From contig JBNRSN020000006.1 of the NCBI GenBank assembly GCA_051313645.2, positions 168,640,001 through 168,704,000 of the forward strand: a stretch of DNA of 64,000 bases, read 5' to 3'. Source of the stretch: Centroscyllium fabricii (Eukaryota). Below the pieces are notes generated by a model. The model did not search any database, was not told the DNA's origin, and was given only the letters and a program-made list of their open reading frames with translations. The translations under genes were made by a program, and so were the position numbers. Of this stretch, positions 14,224-27,529 are shown one piece after another (position 1 is the first letter of the stretch; every line of letters begins with the position of its first letter).

Positions 14224-16119
14224 AGGTAACCTTTTGCCATAACTCTGCTACCAAGCCATCTAGACTGTAGTACTGTGCCTTTGATCAAGTGGAATAAGGA
14301 TTTTGAAGAAATGAGAGGACCGGTAAGGATGAAGTGCTCCGACATGGGGAATGGATTGGAAGAGTAAGATATAGGCCAAAGTGGAATCTGGAGAGATGAG
14401 AGTCACATCCTTGCTGCAGCGGGCAGGGAACATGGTGGAATGTGAATCCATATGAAGCAGCCACACTGCTTCACGAGTTATCAGGATGAAACCAGGTGTT
14501 TTAAGCAAGCTCAGAAATGTTGATGCACTCCTCCATGATTAGGTCATGGATGAGTTGACTTTGTTTGCAAGACATAAAATATTTTGCAAAGCAGAGGGAG
14601 ACCGTGACTTAAGATAACACAGGTGGCTCGAGAAACTTACCTCAGGAACATGCCAGGCAAGGGGAAGAAGACAGCGGAGGTGCCTGTTGGTAGTAGACTG
14701 ATGACACATTCCAATAGGGACAATGAGGATGTCTACATTAAGGCATAGAAAGGACCAGTTTAGGATGGCAGAGAGAAAGGAGTTCAAATGCGAAAACTAG
14801 AGGAAGGAATGCCAGAGGGAGAACAGCAGACATGGGAGACAAGAGCAAAGGATGGGCAATTGGAGGTAAGGAAGGTAGTTTCAGGGGGAGAATTCAAGAT
14901 GACATGCAAGTGGAAGAACAAGGGATTATAACATTACTGCTGATAGTAATCCTGACCGCTAACCTAAACTTAGTGCTGAAGTTAACTTCAGAACAGCCCA
15001 TGGTTGAGTCCCGGCCTGATTGGAGGTTGTGCCATGTTCAAATCGAAAAATTGCTTGGCAGGTCAGAGTCTACAAAGATGCTTGAAGAACCGATTTGCGT
15101 TAATAGTCAAGAGTCAGCCTCCAAAAAGCACATTTAGTCTTGCTAATTGTGAAAATAGGGGTACTTTTGCAACATTTTATGAAGAACGTGTATAAGTAGT
15201 TAAAGCCAAAATATTGCAACTTGTATTCCTATCACTTGGAACAAAGACCTCCAATAATTGCTATATGGAAACATTGATAGCCAATAAATCTTCATAACAC
15301 ATTGCTCAAACTATCACCAGTGAGCATTTAGCCTCAGTTTTTATTCTGATTTCTCATTTCAGATTGGTCAGAAGTTTCTTGTTTTTAGGGCCATGAGGCA
15401 TGTTCCTTGCTTGTAAAACTGCACAGAATCTGCACAATTAACGTCAGGAAGATCTAAAACCAGAACAGTGCTATGTTCTTAAATACGTTCTCATCTGACT
15501 GATGCTAGGATATAGTTTCACTGGTTACTTTACCCAAGTGGCCATTCTTTATGCATGGACCCAAACATTGAGTGTGAACAAAAAAGCTAAGTCCAAATCC
15601 ATCTTCACCAGACATAACCTGATATCTAAATATGCCCGTCAGAATCAGCATTTCCTCTAAAATTAAAGTAAATGCATGCTTCTCCTTTTCTGACTCAAGT
15701 GCAAGAAGCAAAGGGGATGGTTTTTGTATAAGCCAAAGGAAGCAGAGGGAAGAATTACATCCAATACAGAAAAGAGCTCGAGTGATGGTGTATGATTTAT
15801 CCCATCCCCATTCATTTCACAGGTAATCATAATACAAATGTTAGGCAACTGAAGAATTAAACATGTTCTTCTTGGCTCTGCATTCATCTTGGACTAATGC
15901 AAATTTCTCAGATGAATGTTAGAATTACCTAGAACAGCAAATATAGAACATACTGTTTAAGTTGGATTTGTCACAACTGTATGACATTTCTATTATAAAA
16001 GTCAGACACAAATCCAGAACAATTATTTTACAAGATCCCTGTGCACATTAGTAGAATAAACCAGGAATCACTGCCTTTTATTTCCAACACCAGTTTAAAT
16101 TCAGCTCAAACTGATGGGT

Positions 16120-16615
16120 TCCAACCTCTCCTGGCCAGCCTCCCATCTTCCACCCTCCAGAAACATTAGCCCACCAAAAAACTCTGCTGCCTGTATCCTA
16201 ACTCACACCAAGTCCCATTCATCCTTCACCACTGCTCGCTGGTCTAAAGTGTCTCCCAGTCCAGTAACACCTCGATTTTTAAATTCTCATCCTAACGTTG
16301 AGATCCCTCCATTGGCCTCACTCCTCCAGCCCTACATTCTCAGAAGTCTGCATTACTCCAACACTGGTCTCTTGTGCACCCCCACTTCTTTCAACCCACG
16401 ATTGTTGGCTGTGCTTTAAGCCACCTAGGCCCCATGCTCTGGTATTCCCTTCGCAAAACCTCACCCTCCTCTAGATGTTCCTTCAAACTTACTTCGCCGA
16501 CCAAGTTATTGGTTACCCGTCCTTATTTGGCTCGGTGTCAATTTTTGTTTGATTACGCTCCTGCGAAGCGCGGAGACATTTTAATACATTAAAAAAGGTG
16601 CGATATAAATGCAAA
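16120..16615 (+). mobile_element. L2 LINE 3' fragment
   Basis: NSAA.ILT.TK and F.ILIL-type ORF2 C-terminal remnants; tail ending GCGATATAAATGCAA, homologous to the L2 at 29358-30450. Confidence 0.7.
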
Positions 16616-16840
16616 TTGCTAATGGGATAAAACTATTCCCCACTAGGGCAAGAGTTTAGGCTATTTAGACCAAATTCTCACTCTACCTGTTGAAGGATGG
16701 TGCTAGATGTGGAAATAAAAATCACAGCTGCAGTAGAGATGATTCTTGAAGTTGGATTGGTTTATTCAGAATTAGAGGAGCTTCCCTCTCGATCTAGGTC
16801 AGTATTTCTCAAACTGGGGTCTGCTGATCCAGAGACATTA

Positions 16841-19800
16841 GGGTGAATTTTCATGTCGCCGTGAGGTGGGGTTTTGGGCGGGTCAGATGGCAAAATTGCT
16901 AAACCGATGGGTCCCGACCACCCCCCTCCTCTATTTTCCACTGCCCTGTCTCCCCGCCTTGAATCTTTCCCGCTGGCAGCCGGCAGGGATGGTCGTTCAG
17001 CTCATTACGGGCCCTTAATTGGCATCTGTAATGACATTTTAAGGGCCGGTAGCAATTTTCAACCATTTCCCACCAAACCCCGCCAGCTGCAAACCCCGCC
17101 GCTGAAAGCTAGCGGGAACCCAATCGGATTACTATCTCAGGCAGGGTCCTCAATGAAGCTTCAGATTTAAACAGCTATCATTGACAGCTGCCAGGACATT
17201 GTCTCAGGCCTGGGGATACTTGTTCCAGGCTACACAACCACGGAAGGTTGGAGCCTCACACTTCTCCACTGTGACCTCCTGGGAAAGACCTCTCTCTCCC
17301 CTCACTCAGTGCTTCCTCAGCGGGGGCTGCCAGCAGAACCACGGGAGGCCTTTTCTTCCTTCCATTCTTGGCGGCACGGTGGCATAGTGGTTAGCACTGT
17401 TGCCTCAGAGCGCTCGGGGCCCGGGTTCAAATCCAGCCTCGGGTACTATCTCCCCGTGTCTGCGTGGGTTTCCTCCGGGTGCTCCGGTTTCCTCCCAGTC
17501 CAAAGATGTGCAGGTTGGGTTGATTGGCCAGGATAAATTGACCCTTAGTGTTAGGAGGATTGAATATGTGGGGTTACGGGGATAGGGTGGGATATGTGTT
17601 GGTGCAGGCTCGATGGGCCAAAATGGCCTCTATCTGCACTGTAGGGATTCTATGATTAGATGATCTCCAGCAGCAGCGTTGCAACAGTAGCAGCAACAGG
17701 AGCCACAGGCGCCTGCTGACCCTCCAGAGGCAGCACGGACCAGCATGGAAGCCCATCGGCGTAGGAGACACCCCCCAAACAGGGTCTACAGATTCAGGAT
17801 CACCTACCTCAACATGACTGAGCAGCAGTGCCAAAGGCGGCTGCGACTTTCCAGAGAGGTAGTGACTGACATTTGCGCCACTAGGTAGGCATGCCTCACC
17901 AGTGGCCAAAGTCACCACCGCACTCAACTTTTTTGCCTCGGGCTCATTCCAGGGATCATCAGCTGACATCAGCGGCATTTCCCAGTCGGCCGCACACACT
18001 TGCATCACGCAGGTAACTGATGCCCTCACACACAATCACAGGTGTGATGGCACGACGGATTGGATTAGCTCGTCTGGCAGGCTTTCCAAGGGTGCAGGGC
18101 ATCATTGACTGCACACGTGGCCCTTAGGGCACCCCATCTCAACCCAAGTGTTTTTGTCAACCGCAAGGGCTTCTACTCCCTCAATGTTCAGCTGGTGTGT
18201 GACCACAAGGAGATTTTGCATGTTTGTGCCAAGTACCATGGCAGTTGCCATGACTCCTTCATCCTGCGCCAGTCTACTGTGCCTCCGTTCTTCAGTCCAC
18301 CAGACGAACTTCAGGGATGGCTACTTGGCGCCGCTGAGGAGGCCAGCCGAGTCAGAGGAGAGCTACAACTCCAGCCACATTTCCACCAGATGCATTATAG
18401 AGCACACCATCGGCTTGTTGAAGATGCATTTCAGATACCTGGATAGATCAGGTGGAGCTCTCCAGTACTCAGCAGCCATGGGCCTCTTGTCTGTTTTGAA
18501 ACCTGCTGTGTTTTGCTGGAACTCCTTCTGTTAATGCACGGCTGCATCATTTCATAACTGAGGGCTGAGCGAATGTTGAGCATCCTACATAAGCCCTCAA
18601 TGTGGAAGCCCCATTCGCGATCTGGCAGACGTGACAACTGCAGCAGGTGCCATCAGGATTCGTCTGCACAGCTAACAACTGACTGGTGCCTTAAATGATG
18701 CAGTATCTTTCACCCAAGTGACTCCCCTTGTGCTTAATAGTGCTTTACTTTCCTCTTGCACGTGTTCCTACGTGGTGCTTCCCGTGGCGTCAGCTCACTT
18801 TCCTGCTGCTCCTGTCTCGACACCTTTGGCGGGCGTCCTCTGGGGTGGCGAGCCTGTGAGGGCTCGCCAGCAGTCTGCTGCTCTTGCGGCTGTGCAGGGG
18901 GGAGATGCCTATCTCAGTTGGGTGTGGACTCCGGCGGGCTTCTGACCGAGGGCTCTGCAGTGGCATAGAAGTGTGAGCGCGTGGAGAGGAGCCCCCACTT
19001 CCTGCAGGTGTGCCAACTTCCCTCTCATGGGTCAGCTCCCTCTCAGCGCTTGCAAGTGACTGGAGAGCACCTTGCTGCACATCAGAGGCTATGGGGACCC
19101 GCATCTGCACTGGAAGTCCTACTCAGAAGGACTTCCATGAAGGTCTGGTTTCTCTGTTCAATAGATGCCCATCGCTCCTCCAGAGATGTCATTCTATTGT
19201 GAACTCACCATGTTTTCCATTCCCTGGCGACTTACCTCATCCATGGCCATAGCCATCCTTTCCATGGTGATGCGTTGATGCGCCAGTGACTCCACAAAGG
19301 CTCTGCTCATGTTCGCTATGGACTCCTCCATTCGCTCCACACTCGCAGCGACCCTGGAAACAAACCTGCCAGAAACTCCTGCATCTCAGCATGGAGTCCC
19401 ATCACCTGTGATTTAGCACATGGACCCAGAGGGTCAACATGCAGCTGAACTGGGAGAGTCCTGTGCCCTCCGACTAGGACTCTCCACTGCTGTCCCGGTC
19501 TCCACAATCTGAGGCTCACTTGTGAGCTGTGATACACCAGGTGACAACTCTTTACACAGAGAGTGGTCGGGGAGTGGAATAGGCTACCATCTGAAATAGT
19601 GGATGTGGAAAGTCTGGGAGCTTTTAAAGGGATGATAGATAGGTACATGGAGGGGAAGGAAGAGTAGGGGGGACAGGAAAAATCAGAGACGGACTAAGCG
19701 CGGCACTACATTGAGGGCCCAAGGGCCTGTACAGTGCTGCATAATCTATGTTCTACTACTCTATGTGCCGAAGGTCCCACCGAGGTGCGAGTGTCTGCGC

Positions 19801-21060
19801 TGGTGCTGGGTGTGCTGAATACTGCGCCCTCAGAGGTAGGAGCTTCCTCTGAGGAGTCGGTCTCTTCAGCCTCTTCCTGCTCCAATGGGGACGGGGTCTC
19901 TCGATGGTCCTGTGGGGGAGTAAAGGAAATAGTTGGAGATGTGATGGCAAGGTTATATGCACATAGCATTTAGCAGATGATCATAAGTGCATGATGTAGC
20001 TTCAGAATCATTACCTGGGAGTCATGCGATGGCAATGAGATGTAAAAACACTTCTGTCACCAGCTTGCGAGGATGCCTCACCTCTCCTTCTCCCACTTCC
20101 GCCACCTCTGCATCCCTGACTATCTGAAGGACTGCTTCCTCCCAGGTGGTGAGGTGCATGATGGAGGGTGGGCCTCTGCCTGGTTTTGCTCTCTCCTGTT
20201 TATTGTGAGCTCTCTTTTTCTGCAACGAGGGAGACAAGTGGAGGTTGAGTGAGAATGAAGGAGTGTGTGCAGAGAGTGAACAGCATAGATAGTTGGAGGG
20301 AGACAAAGATGGAGTAATGTTGCAAGACCAAGGCCTCTCCCTGTGTGCTGTCAGTTGTGGTCAAAGCATCAGTGAGAGGGAGTGTGAGGGCTGCATGGTG
20401 AAATAGTTCTGTGAATGTGAGCATAGAGGGGGAATGGGTAAGGGTGCATGGATGGGACTGTGAAGTGGGATGTGGAGGAAGAGTTTCGTGAAGCTAAGTG
20501 CTGGTGAGGAAAGGCGATGGGGATCAGATTGAGGGTGATGGAAATTTCATACTTACTTTTGCAGTCCGATGTAGGTCATGGAATCTCTTCCTGCATTGGA
20601 TCCAGGAGCGTGGTGTGAGGCCCAGGGAGGTGACTCCCTCAGTCACCTGCAGCCAAGCAGCCTTGGTCTGAGAGTGAGGTCTCTTCCTCCCTGAGGAGGG
20701 GAAGAGAACCTCCCTCTGGGCCCTAGCCCCATCAATAATGCCTGTATAGATGCCTCGTCAAATTTGGGTGAGGGCCGGGCCCTCCCGCTGGCCGAAGCAG
20801 CTTCACGTTGCTGTGACATCCTCCTGGGTGTTTGCAGAAGCCTGAGGAGTAAGGGAGGCTTGCTGTCTGCATTAAAAGAACCGGGCACAATGACATCATT
20901 GATTTCCAGTCAAAGTTGCACATCGATTGGGAAGGCTTCCCACACGCGGGTAATTAATTGGGCACCTAAGCCAAAATAGCGCGGGGCTCTCAGCCACATT
21001 CGGGTCAGAAATCTGACCCACCGGAAACCCGACAATTCCCCGCACTTCTGGGAAAATTGC
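16841..21060 (+). mobile_element. Degenerate PIF/Harbinger DNA transposon (DDE transposase on +, Myb/SANT gene on -)
   Basis: Transposase fragments ~17660-18480 ([53 protein letters not shown]); Myb/SANT-like fragments on minus ~19750-20820 (PSPKFDEASIQALL, KKRAHNKQERAKPGRGPP); TIR-like ends GGGTGAATTTTC / GAAAATTGCC; TTA before the left end. Confidence 0.85.
17370..17657 (+). mobile_element. tRNA-derived V-SINE (HE1-like) inserted in the Harbinger
   Basis: A box TGGCATAGTGG, B box GGTTCAAATCC, V-domain CCCCGTGTCTGCGTGGGTTTCCTCCGGGTGCTCCGGTTTCCTCCCA, CR1-like tail. Confidence 0.9.
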
Positions 21061-21202
21061 CAGTATTTCTCAAACTGGGGTCTGCTGACCCAGGGACTTT
21101 CTAGGGAGTACGTGAAAAAAAAACCAATCTGTGATGGAGTGAGCCGGTGCAATTGAACTTGAAAAGGGGTCCCCTCCAACCAAAAAAGTTTGAGAACCAC
21201 TG
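21061..21202. mobile_element. Short hAT (Charlie-like) MITE
   Basis: Termini CAGTATTTCTCAAACT ... AGTTTGAGAACCACTG form inverted repeats. Confidence 0.7.
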
Positions 21203-22689
21203 ATCTGTAAACACTTGATGCTGACTCACTGCCAAAGGTGAGAAACATGCCATTTTCCCAGAACTAAAATGGCTGTTGAGCAAAAAATAAAACGGCAACG
21301 GCCTACCTCGCATGATTTTTTTTCCCCTTTAAAAAGCAAATGCAAATGTCTTCCTCCAGAAACCCACCATCAGCTACAAGCCGTGTCAACAAATGGCTGT
21401 ACCTGTATAGGCAAATGGACATCTTATTCAGGCAACAAAACTTGGAAGTTTCAGCAACAGCTGTATACTCAAGGGTCATTAATACATGAGGAATTATCAG
21501 AAAAAACATGTAGTTTTCTCACTAAACTTAAAATGCATTCAACATGCAAAAAAATAAAAAGGCTGCACAATAGATTACAACAAACTCTCTCAGTATTGAA
21601 GTGTTCCATTGAGTTTATAAGCATCTCACGAAACATACATACACAAATGTTGCAGGGTTATTGTCCAAGGATTGCTGGAACCAACATCTCCACCTCTCCC
21701 TACACCAGTTTAATCCAAAACAAAGGATTACCACTTTGGATTGTCAGACAGCCGGTTTCTTCAGATGTTTCACAATGGGCTTTGTCACCTTCAGCTATGA
21801 CCATTGATAATCTACTTCCAGCAGAGGTGAAGAACCCAAGGATTAATTACCCTAATCAGTTTATCGCACTTAACATAGACTTCCACTATAAAAAATGATA
21901 TTAAACCAGGACAGATTTTACAAACTGCAACTACTGCTAGGATGAGAGAAGCCTCTTGTTCTAAATTCTAATTAATTTCCATTATCCCACCATTGTGGCC
22001 ATACCTTCAGCTGCCCAGGCCCTCAGCTCGGGAATTTCTCAGCTTCTCTTCCTTTAGACGCTCCTGAAAAGCTACCTTCGACCAAGTGTTTGGTCACCTG
22101 TCCCAATATCTCGGGTTAAATTTTGTCTATGTTAAAGGTGCTTTATGAAAGCAAGTTGTTGAGATGAGGCACAAAAGTTCAGCAAATACTAAACAGTAGA
22201 ATGTATGAAGATATACATGAGCACATTCTGGACAGGCCAATTATTCTTTCTAAAATATCAGATGGGGAAAAATATCTCTGGCACAAAATTATTTCTGGGA
22301 CTGGTAAATTCAGGCCACTTTCCTTCTCCTACAACTTTGGATATTGTCATCATAGTTTTGTCTTATAACAGAACACACTGCAACACACACATGGAACAAA
22401 GTTGATTAATTTGACTATATACCATGTTTACCTTGAAGTTGAGATTCAGTTGAACATAACATTCAAATATACTGCATACAAAAAATTTGAATTACATTAA
22501 CAAAATTCATACAATCCAATCAGCACAATACACAAATTTGCCTGCAGGGGTGAAAACATCAAGTACCTATCAATTAATGAGACAAGACACTTTGATCTTT
22601 TGATCTTTAATAAAACATGAAACAGCAATTCAAAATGTGAGAATGGGAAGTGACCAATGGTATGTGGGAGGATAAAGTAAATGGAGTAA

Positions 22690-25271
22690 CATGTAACTTG
22701 TGGTTTATTAATGCAAGCAGAAAACAGCATTAAAAAAATAAGTACGATAGCACACGGTCAGATTTTAATCAAGTTGCATATAAGAAAAGGGTGCGTAACA
22801 TTACTGACTATGAGAAAGAATATATCTTCTAAACATTGTAATTTAAATTTATGGTTGCAATATTCGGTTTCTTGGATAATTGTCTGAATACTAAGTTCAG
22901 TTTTACAAAGCCATTCCAAAATTATCTTTAATTAACAAAACAAGTTTTACCAGCACTATATTAGCATAAGGGTTCCCACCAGGATTTGCAAAACTCCCTA
23001 ATTTGACACCTTTACACAATAAGTCAGAGATAAAAATGGAATTGTTTTCTAAAGCAGACTCGTATCTTTTGCATTCATGCAATACTTTCACTTCCTTTAA
23101 TACGTATGATGTTGTACACAAGTTTGTTTTTACATTCTACCTCCATTTAAAATTTTTTTTTAAGAACATTCTTCTTTCACTACCCCACAATTAAAAAATA
23201 CAGGGTTAAAAACAACGAATTTAACATTTAAGTTAAATTATTCTGACCAAAGTACACTCAATTATTTTAAAAACAGGGAAAAAACTGAAATGCTAAAGTT
23301 CCCAGCTGAATATTCTTCTGCTGTCCATCATTTAAAGACAGCTGCATTGATAGTTCATTTAGAGGTCTATAAAAGATGCATGAATCAATACAACATACTG
23401 AGCTAGAGACAAAAATGCATGCAATGCTTATGGATATTAAGGCTACTGATCAAATAAAATATTTTCAGAATTCCAGAATGGAATCAGGGATTTACATAGT
23501 TTCACACTTTTTCCAGATACACTTGTAGTTTGTTCATTGAGACAACAACTAAACAGCAAACAAACAGATTTATGAAGGGAACTAAGAATTGAGAAAAAAC
23601 ATTGTTGCCAAAAGACCATAAAGAAATAGCTCCATCAAAGGTTTGCTAAACTTTCTACCTTTACAGATAACTATTTCAGCCAGTACTGCACCAACTGATA
23701 TCAGCATGATAGTTGAATTGTGAGAAACAATCAGAATTGTGATACTTGAATCAGGATACTCCATGATGTAAATGCATAGAAGTTATACATATCAATGCTA
23801 ATTTACACTCAATTGTATTCATACTAGTTCATTTAATTCCAACATATGCAAGACTAAAGAGCAATGAAGTCATTTGTTAATATGACTTCATGTATACAAT
23901 ACAGTCTTAAACTACTTGGGGACCGCAAACTCTAAATATGCACCCCTAACTTAATAATATTATAGATTTAATTGACCCTGGACATTATAAACACAACTAC
24001 AGGATCACATTAGGAAACTGCCAAATTTAAATACATTGAAAAATAGTGTGCTAAAATAACTTAAATAGCCTTCAAAGTATGAACAGTGATTTAAGTTCTG
24101 TGCTTATAAAAAGTCCATTTTGCTTCTATTAATTGGGCTATTGGTACCTACTGAAAATACACATTATAAATTAAGGCAATTACGTCACTCTGAGACTCAA
24201 TATACAGTATGTGGTTTATGTAAACAGGAGACTATGGGCTCAGTATCTCCTAAATTGGTTGATTTCCTGTAAAGTAGTATTCAGAAATATGAAAACGTGA
24301 ATCCACACTGTAAATTAACTCATGCCATAACACTTGCTAAACAAGTATTGGATTTATTAAGCTAGTGAATCATCTAGGAGAAAAAAATTCACTTCCATGA
24401 TAGTAATCTGCCAGAAAGGCAAACATTCAAAGCTAGGAAGTTGTATTTAAAAGACATTACAGAAGTCTAAAAATTTTAATTAAACCGAGGTACATTTACT
24501 TAGGACAGTTTCATCAACGGTCGTATCAAACATCGAGCATCTCCTCCATAGACAAATGCACTTTTCTGAAACCTATGTAATACATTGTACAAGAAAAAAA
24601 TTAACATTGCATTCAACTGGTTGCACATACATTTTTAAAAATTATATTTGAAAACCAGGAATAATTTGGGTAAAGAATCTTGCATAACTTCTGGTTTGTT
24701 TCACATTTGGCAAAATATTAATTAAATTTATTTGCTTTATTTACTACAATAGTTTCCATTATATTGGATTTATTAGTTTGAACTAAAAATTACATGATAT
24801 CCAAATCATCTCTGTAGAGCAAAATTAACTTAAAAATAAATCCTAAAGCACAAAAAAGTAGGTTGAAGAGCTAAGCATTGTGAAATCTCAGATCATTGAC
24901 CAAACTACACTCGTTAATTGTTAGTATTAAACAAATCCAAAAAAAATTAATTGGTTTCTCACATTCACTCAATTTCTGTATTTCAACGAAGAGGTTGAGC
25001 ATAGAAAGACTGCAGTTACTGATAAAAGCTTTAGAAAGGCAGAAAGTGCTTGACAAAGTTATAGCGTTCAAATGTGGTTTGTGAGATAAGAGTATAAGGG
25101 TAAATGCAGCAATGAGAACCAACATGGAAAGCCAATCTTGTGTTCGAGTGTTCAAAAGAGGTTGCCTTGAGCAGTAAAGTTCCAATAACCATGATTTCTT
25201 GAAGATACTGGGGATTTCCATGGTTTGTATCATTAGTGTTGTAACTCTGGTAGAGCATCGCCTTTCAGTTA
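22690..25271 (-). other. YTHDF3: YTHDF3 3' UTR (approximate distal end)
   Basis: Follows the stop codon; ~2.6 kb, AT-rich, no recognisable TE in an otherwise TE-saturated window. Confidence 0.65.
22704..22709 (-). promoter_or_regulatory. Candidate YTHDF3 polyadenylation signal (AATAAA)
   Basis: TTTATT on + at the distal end of the repeat-free AT-rich UTR; an ATTAAA also lies at ~22606-22611. Usage is inferred. Confidence 0.5.
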
Positions 25272-25292
25272 CTATTTGCTTCTGTTCCGCTC
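25272..25292 (-). CDS. YTHDF3: YTHDF3 last coding exon (ERNRSK*)
   Basis: Minus strand: TTTTGCAG|GAG CGG AAC AGA AGC AAA TAG TAA. Joins in phase 0 to ...EEEAIRR and matches the mammalian YTHDF3 C-terminus RRERNRNKQ as recalled. Confidence 0.9.
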   Translation of the reverse strand, partial: ERNRSK

Positions 25293-26199
25293 CTGCAAAA
25301 ACAGCACAGAAACATTAGTGCCATAAACAAAGATATTTAGCACCTATCACTTTTTTAAAAAACGTAATATTTGCAACTGCAATAAATATATAAGAAGCTG
25401 TGGAAGACAATTCACACTGCCTTGCGATAGCTATACCAATAATAAATCCAGGTTTGTTATGGGTAGCTTAAGTCAATCAAATTCCACAGCTCTCCAGGTA
25501 GTATTCTTTTGAAAACTGCCAGGCCCATCCTACCATTATTTTTCAGGCCCATTAATACAGAACCACTGCTTGTTGCAACAGGTAAATAAGTAACAGTACT
25601 GAGTTAAAAGTTAGTCTGGACCAGTAACAAAAACAACAGAATGGAAATAATAGAGGATCAACAGTACGGAACACTATATATTTTTTTTACATCAAGAAAA
25701 AAGCTAGTCAGGTGTTGTGTTTGTGGAGACGGCATAATAATGCACATTATAGTGAGTCAAGAGGAAATGCCTCATTGGAAAGCAAGACTCAACCATATGA
25801 ACACAGCTGATAAAACACCTCAATTCGGAGAGTTCCTCTAATTGGGCTGTCACCTATTTATTGCATACTCGCTTTTCACTTCTTGGAGTTGGCTGAAAGG
25901 CAAAGAAAAGAGATCACTCTAATACCATAATACTTTCCCAATACATTTCACAACTGGCCAAGATCCAAAATGCATTTTCTCAGCCAAAGACGGACTTTAA
26001 ATAATTTGGGTCCTGTCTCTAAAAAAAGATAGAACTACAGAAGAAAAAGGAGGAAGTTAAATTTAAAACAAAATGGATAAGAAATAGAAAAAGACAGTGA
26101 AGAAAAAAGCAATAATCCACAGGTTTTTAATTTCATTATTAGTGATAGCCAACCCAGTGGCATTATTACTACAATTACTGATTCCTTAACCACACAGCA

Positions 26200-27322
26200 T
26201 GTGGTTGCAAAGATAAAAAATCATGGGATTGGGGGCAATGTACTGGCATGGGTGGAGGATTGGCTATCTAACAGAAAACAGAGAGTTGGGATAAATGGTT
26301 CATTCTCGGATTGGCAATCAGTAACGAGTGGTGTTCCGCAGGGGTCGGTGCTGGGACCCCAACTCTTTACAATCTGTATTAACGATTTGGAGGAAGGGAC
26401 TGAGTGCAACGTATTAAGTTTGCCGACGATACAAAGATAGGAGGGAAAGCAGTGAGTGAGGACATAAAAAACCTGCAAAAGGACATAGACAGGCTAAGTC
26501 AGTGAGCAAAAATTTGGCAGATGGAATATAAAGTTGAAAAGTGTGAGGATATGCACTTTGGCAGAAAAAAATGAAAGAGCAAGTTATTATCTGAATGGAG
26601 AGAAACTGCAAAGTGCTACAGTACAAAGGGATCTGGGGGTCCTGGTGCACAAAACACAGAAGGTTAGTATACAGGTACAGCAGGTAAATCCAGAAGGCCA
26701 ATAGAATCTTGGCTTTTATTGCAAGGGGAATGGAGTGTAAAAGTAGGGACGTTTTTCTGCAGTTATACAGGGTACTGGCGAGGCCACACCTGGAATACTG
26801 CGTACAGGTTTGGTTTCCATATTTAAGAAAAGATATACTTGTTCTCAAGGCAGTTCAGAGAAGGTTCACTCGGTTGATTCCGGAGATGAGGGGGTTGACT
26901 TATGAGGAAAGGTTGAGTAGGTTGGGCCTCTACTCATTAGAATTCAGAAGAATGAGAGACGATCTTATCGAAACATATAAGATTGTGAGGGGACTTGATT
27001 GGGTGGATGCGGTGAGGATGTTTCCACTGGTGGGTGAGACTAGAACTAGGGGGCATAATCTTAGAATAAGGGGCTGCCCTTTCAAAACTGAGATGAGGAG
27101 GAACTTCTTCACTCAGAGGGTAGTAAATCTATGGAATTGTGGAAGCTGCAACATTAAATAAATTTAAAACGGAGAAAGACAGTTTCCTAACTGATAGGGG
27201 AATAAGGGGTTACGGGAACGGACAGGGAAGTGGACATGAGTCTAAGTTCGGATCAGCCATGATCCTATTGAATGGCGGAGCAGGCCCGAGGGGCCGTATG
27301 GCCTACTCCTGCTTCTTATGTT
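26200..27322 (+). mobile_element. CR1 LINE 3' fragment
   Basis: [23 protein letters not shown] and RRNFFTQRVV motifs; conserved 3' tail. Confidence 0.9.
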
Positions 27323-27529
27323 AAAGTTAATTGGCTGGCCCTAAAAAAGGGCAGTGGTAGGGGTAGTACAGAATTTAAAGGACTGAAATATGTAGATAGA
27401 AAGAAAAAAAATTCTGCAAACCTGAAATAAAAATAATGTTGCAAATCTACAGTAGGTTAATAATCAACATTTGAAAGAAAAAAAGATTGGTTAATCTAAT
27501 CCTTCATTACAATAGGTCTGATGAACATT

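Noticed and set aside
14832-15900. Possible exons of a second host gene
   Set aside because: Short ORFs with no recognisable homology or consistent splice structure.
17370-17445. tRNA gene (also 47630-47694)
   Set aside because: The A/B boxes belong to SINE heads followed by the V-domain; no complete cloverleaf.
21269-21898. 209-aa ORF
   Set aside because: No recognisable domain or homology; composition looks non-coding.
1-22500. miR-124 hairpin expected from mammalian synteny
   Set aside because: Mature sequence TAAGGCACGCGGTGAATGCC or its complement was not seen by eye.
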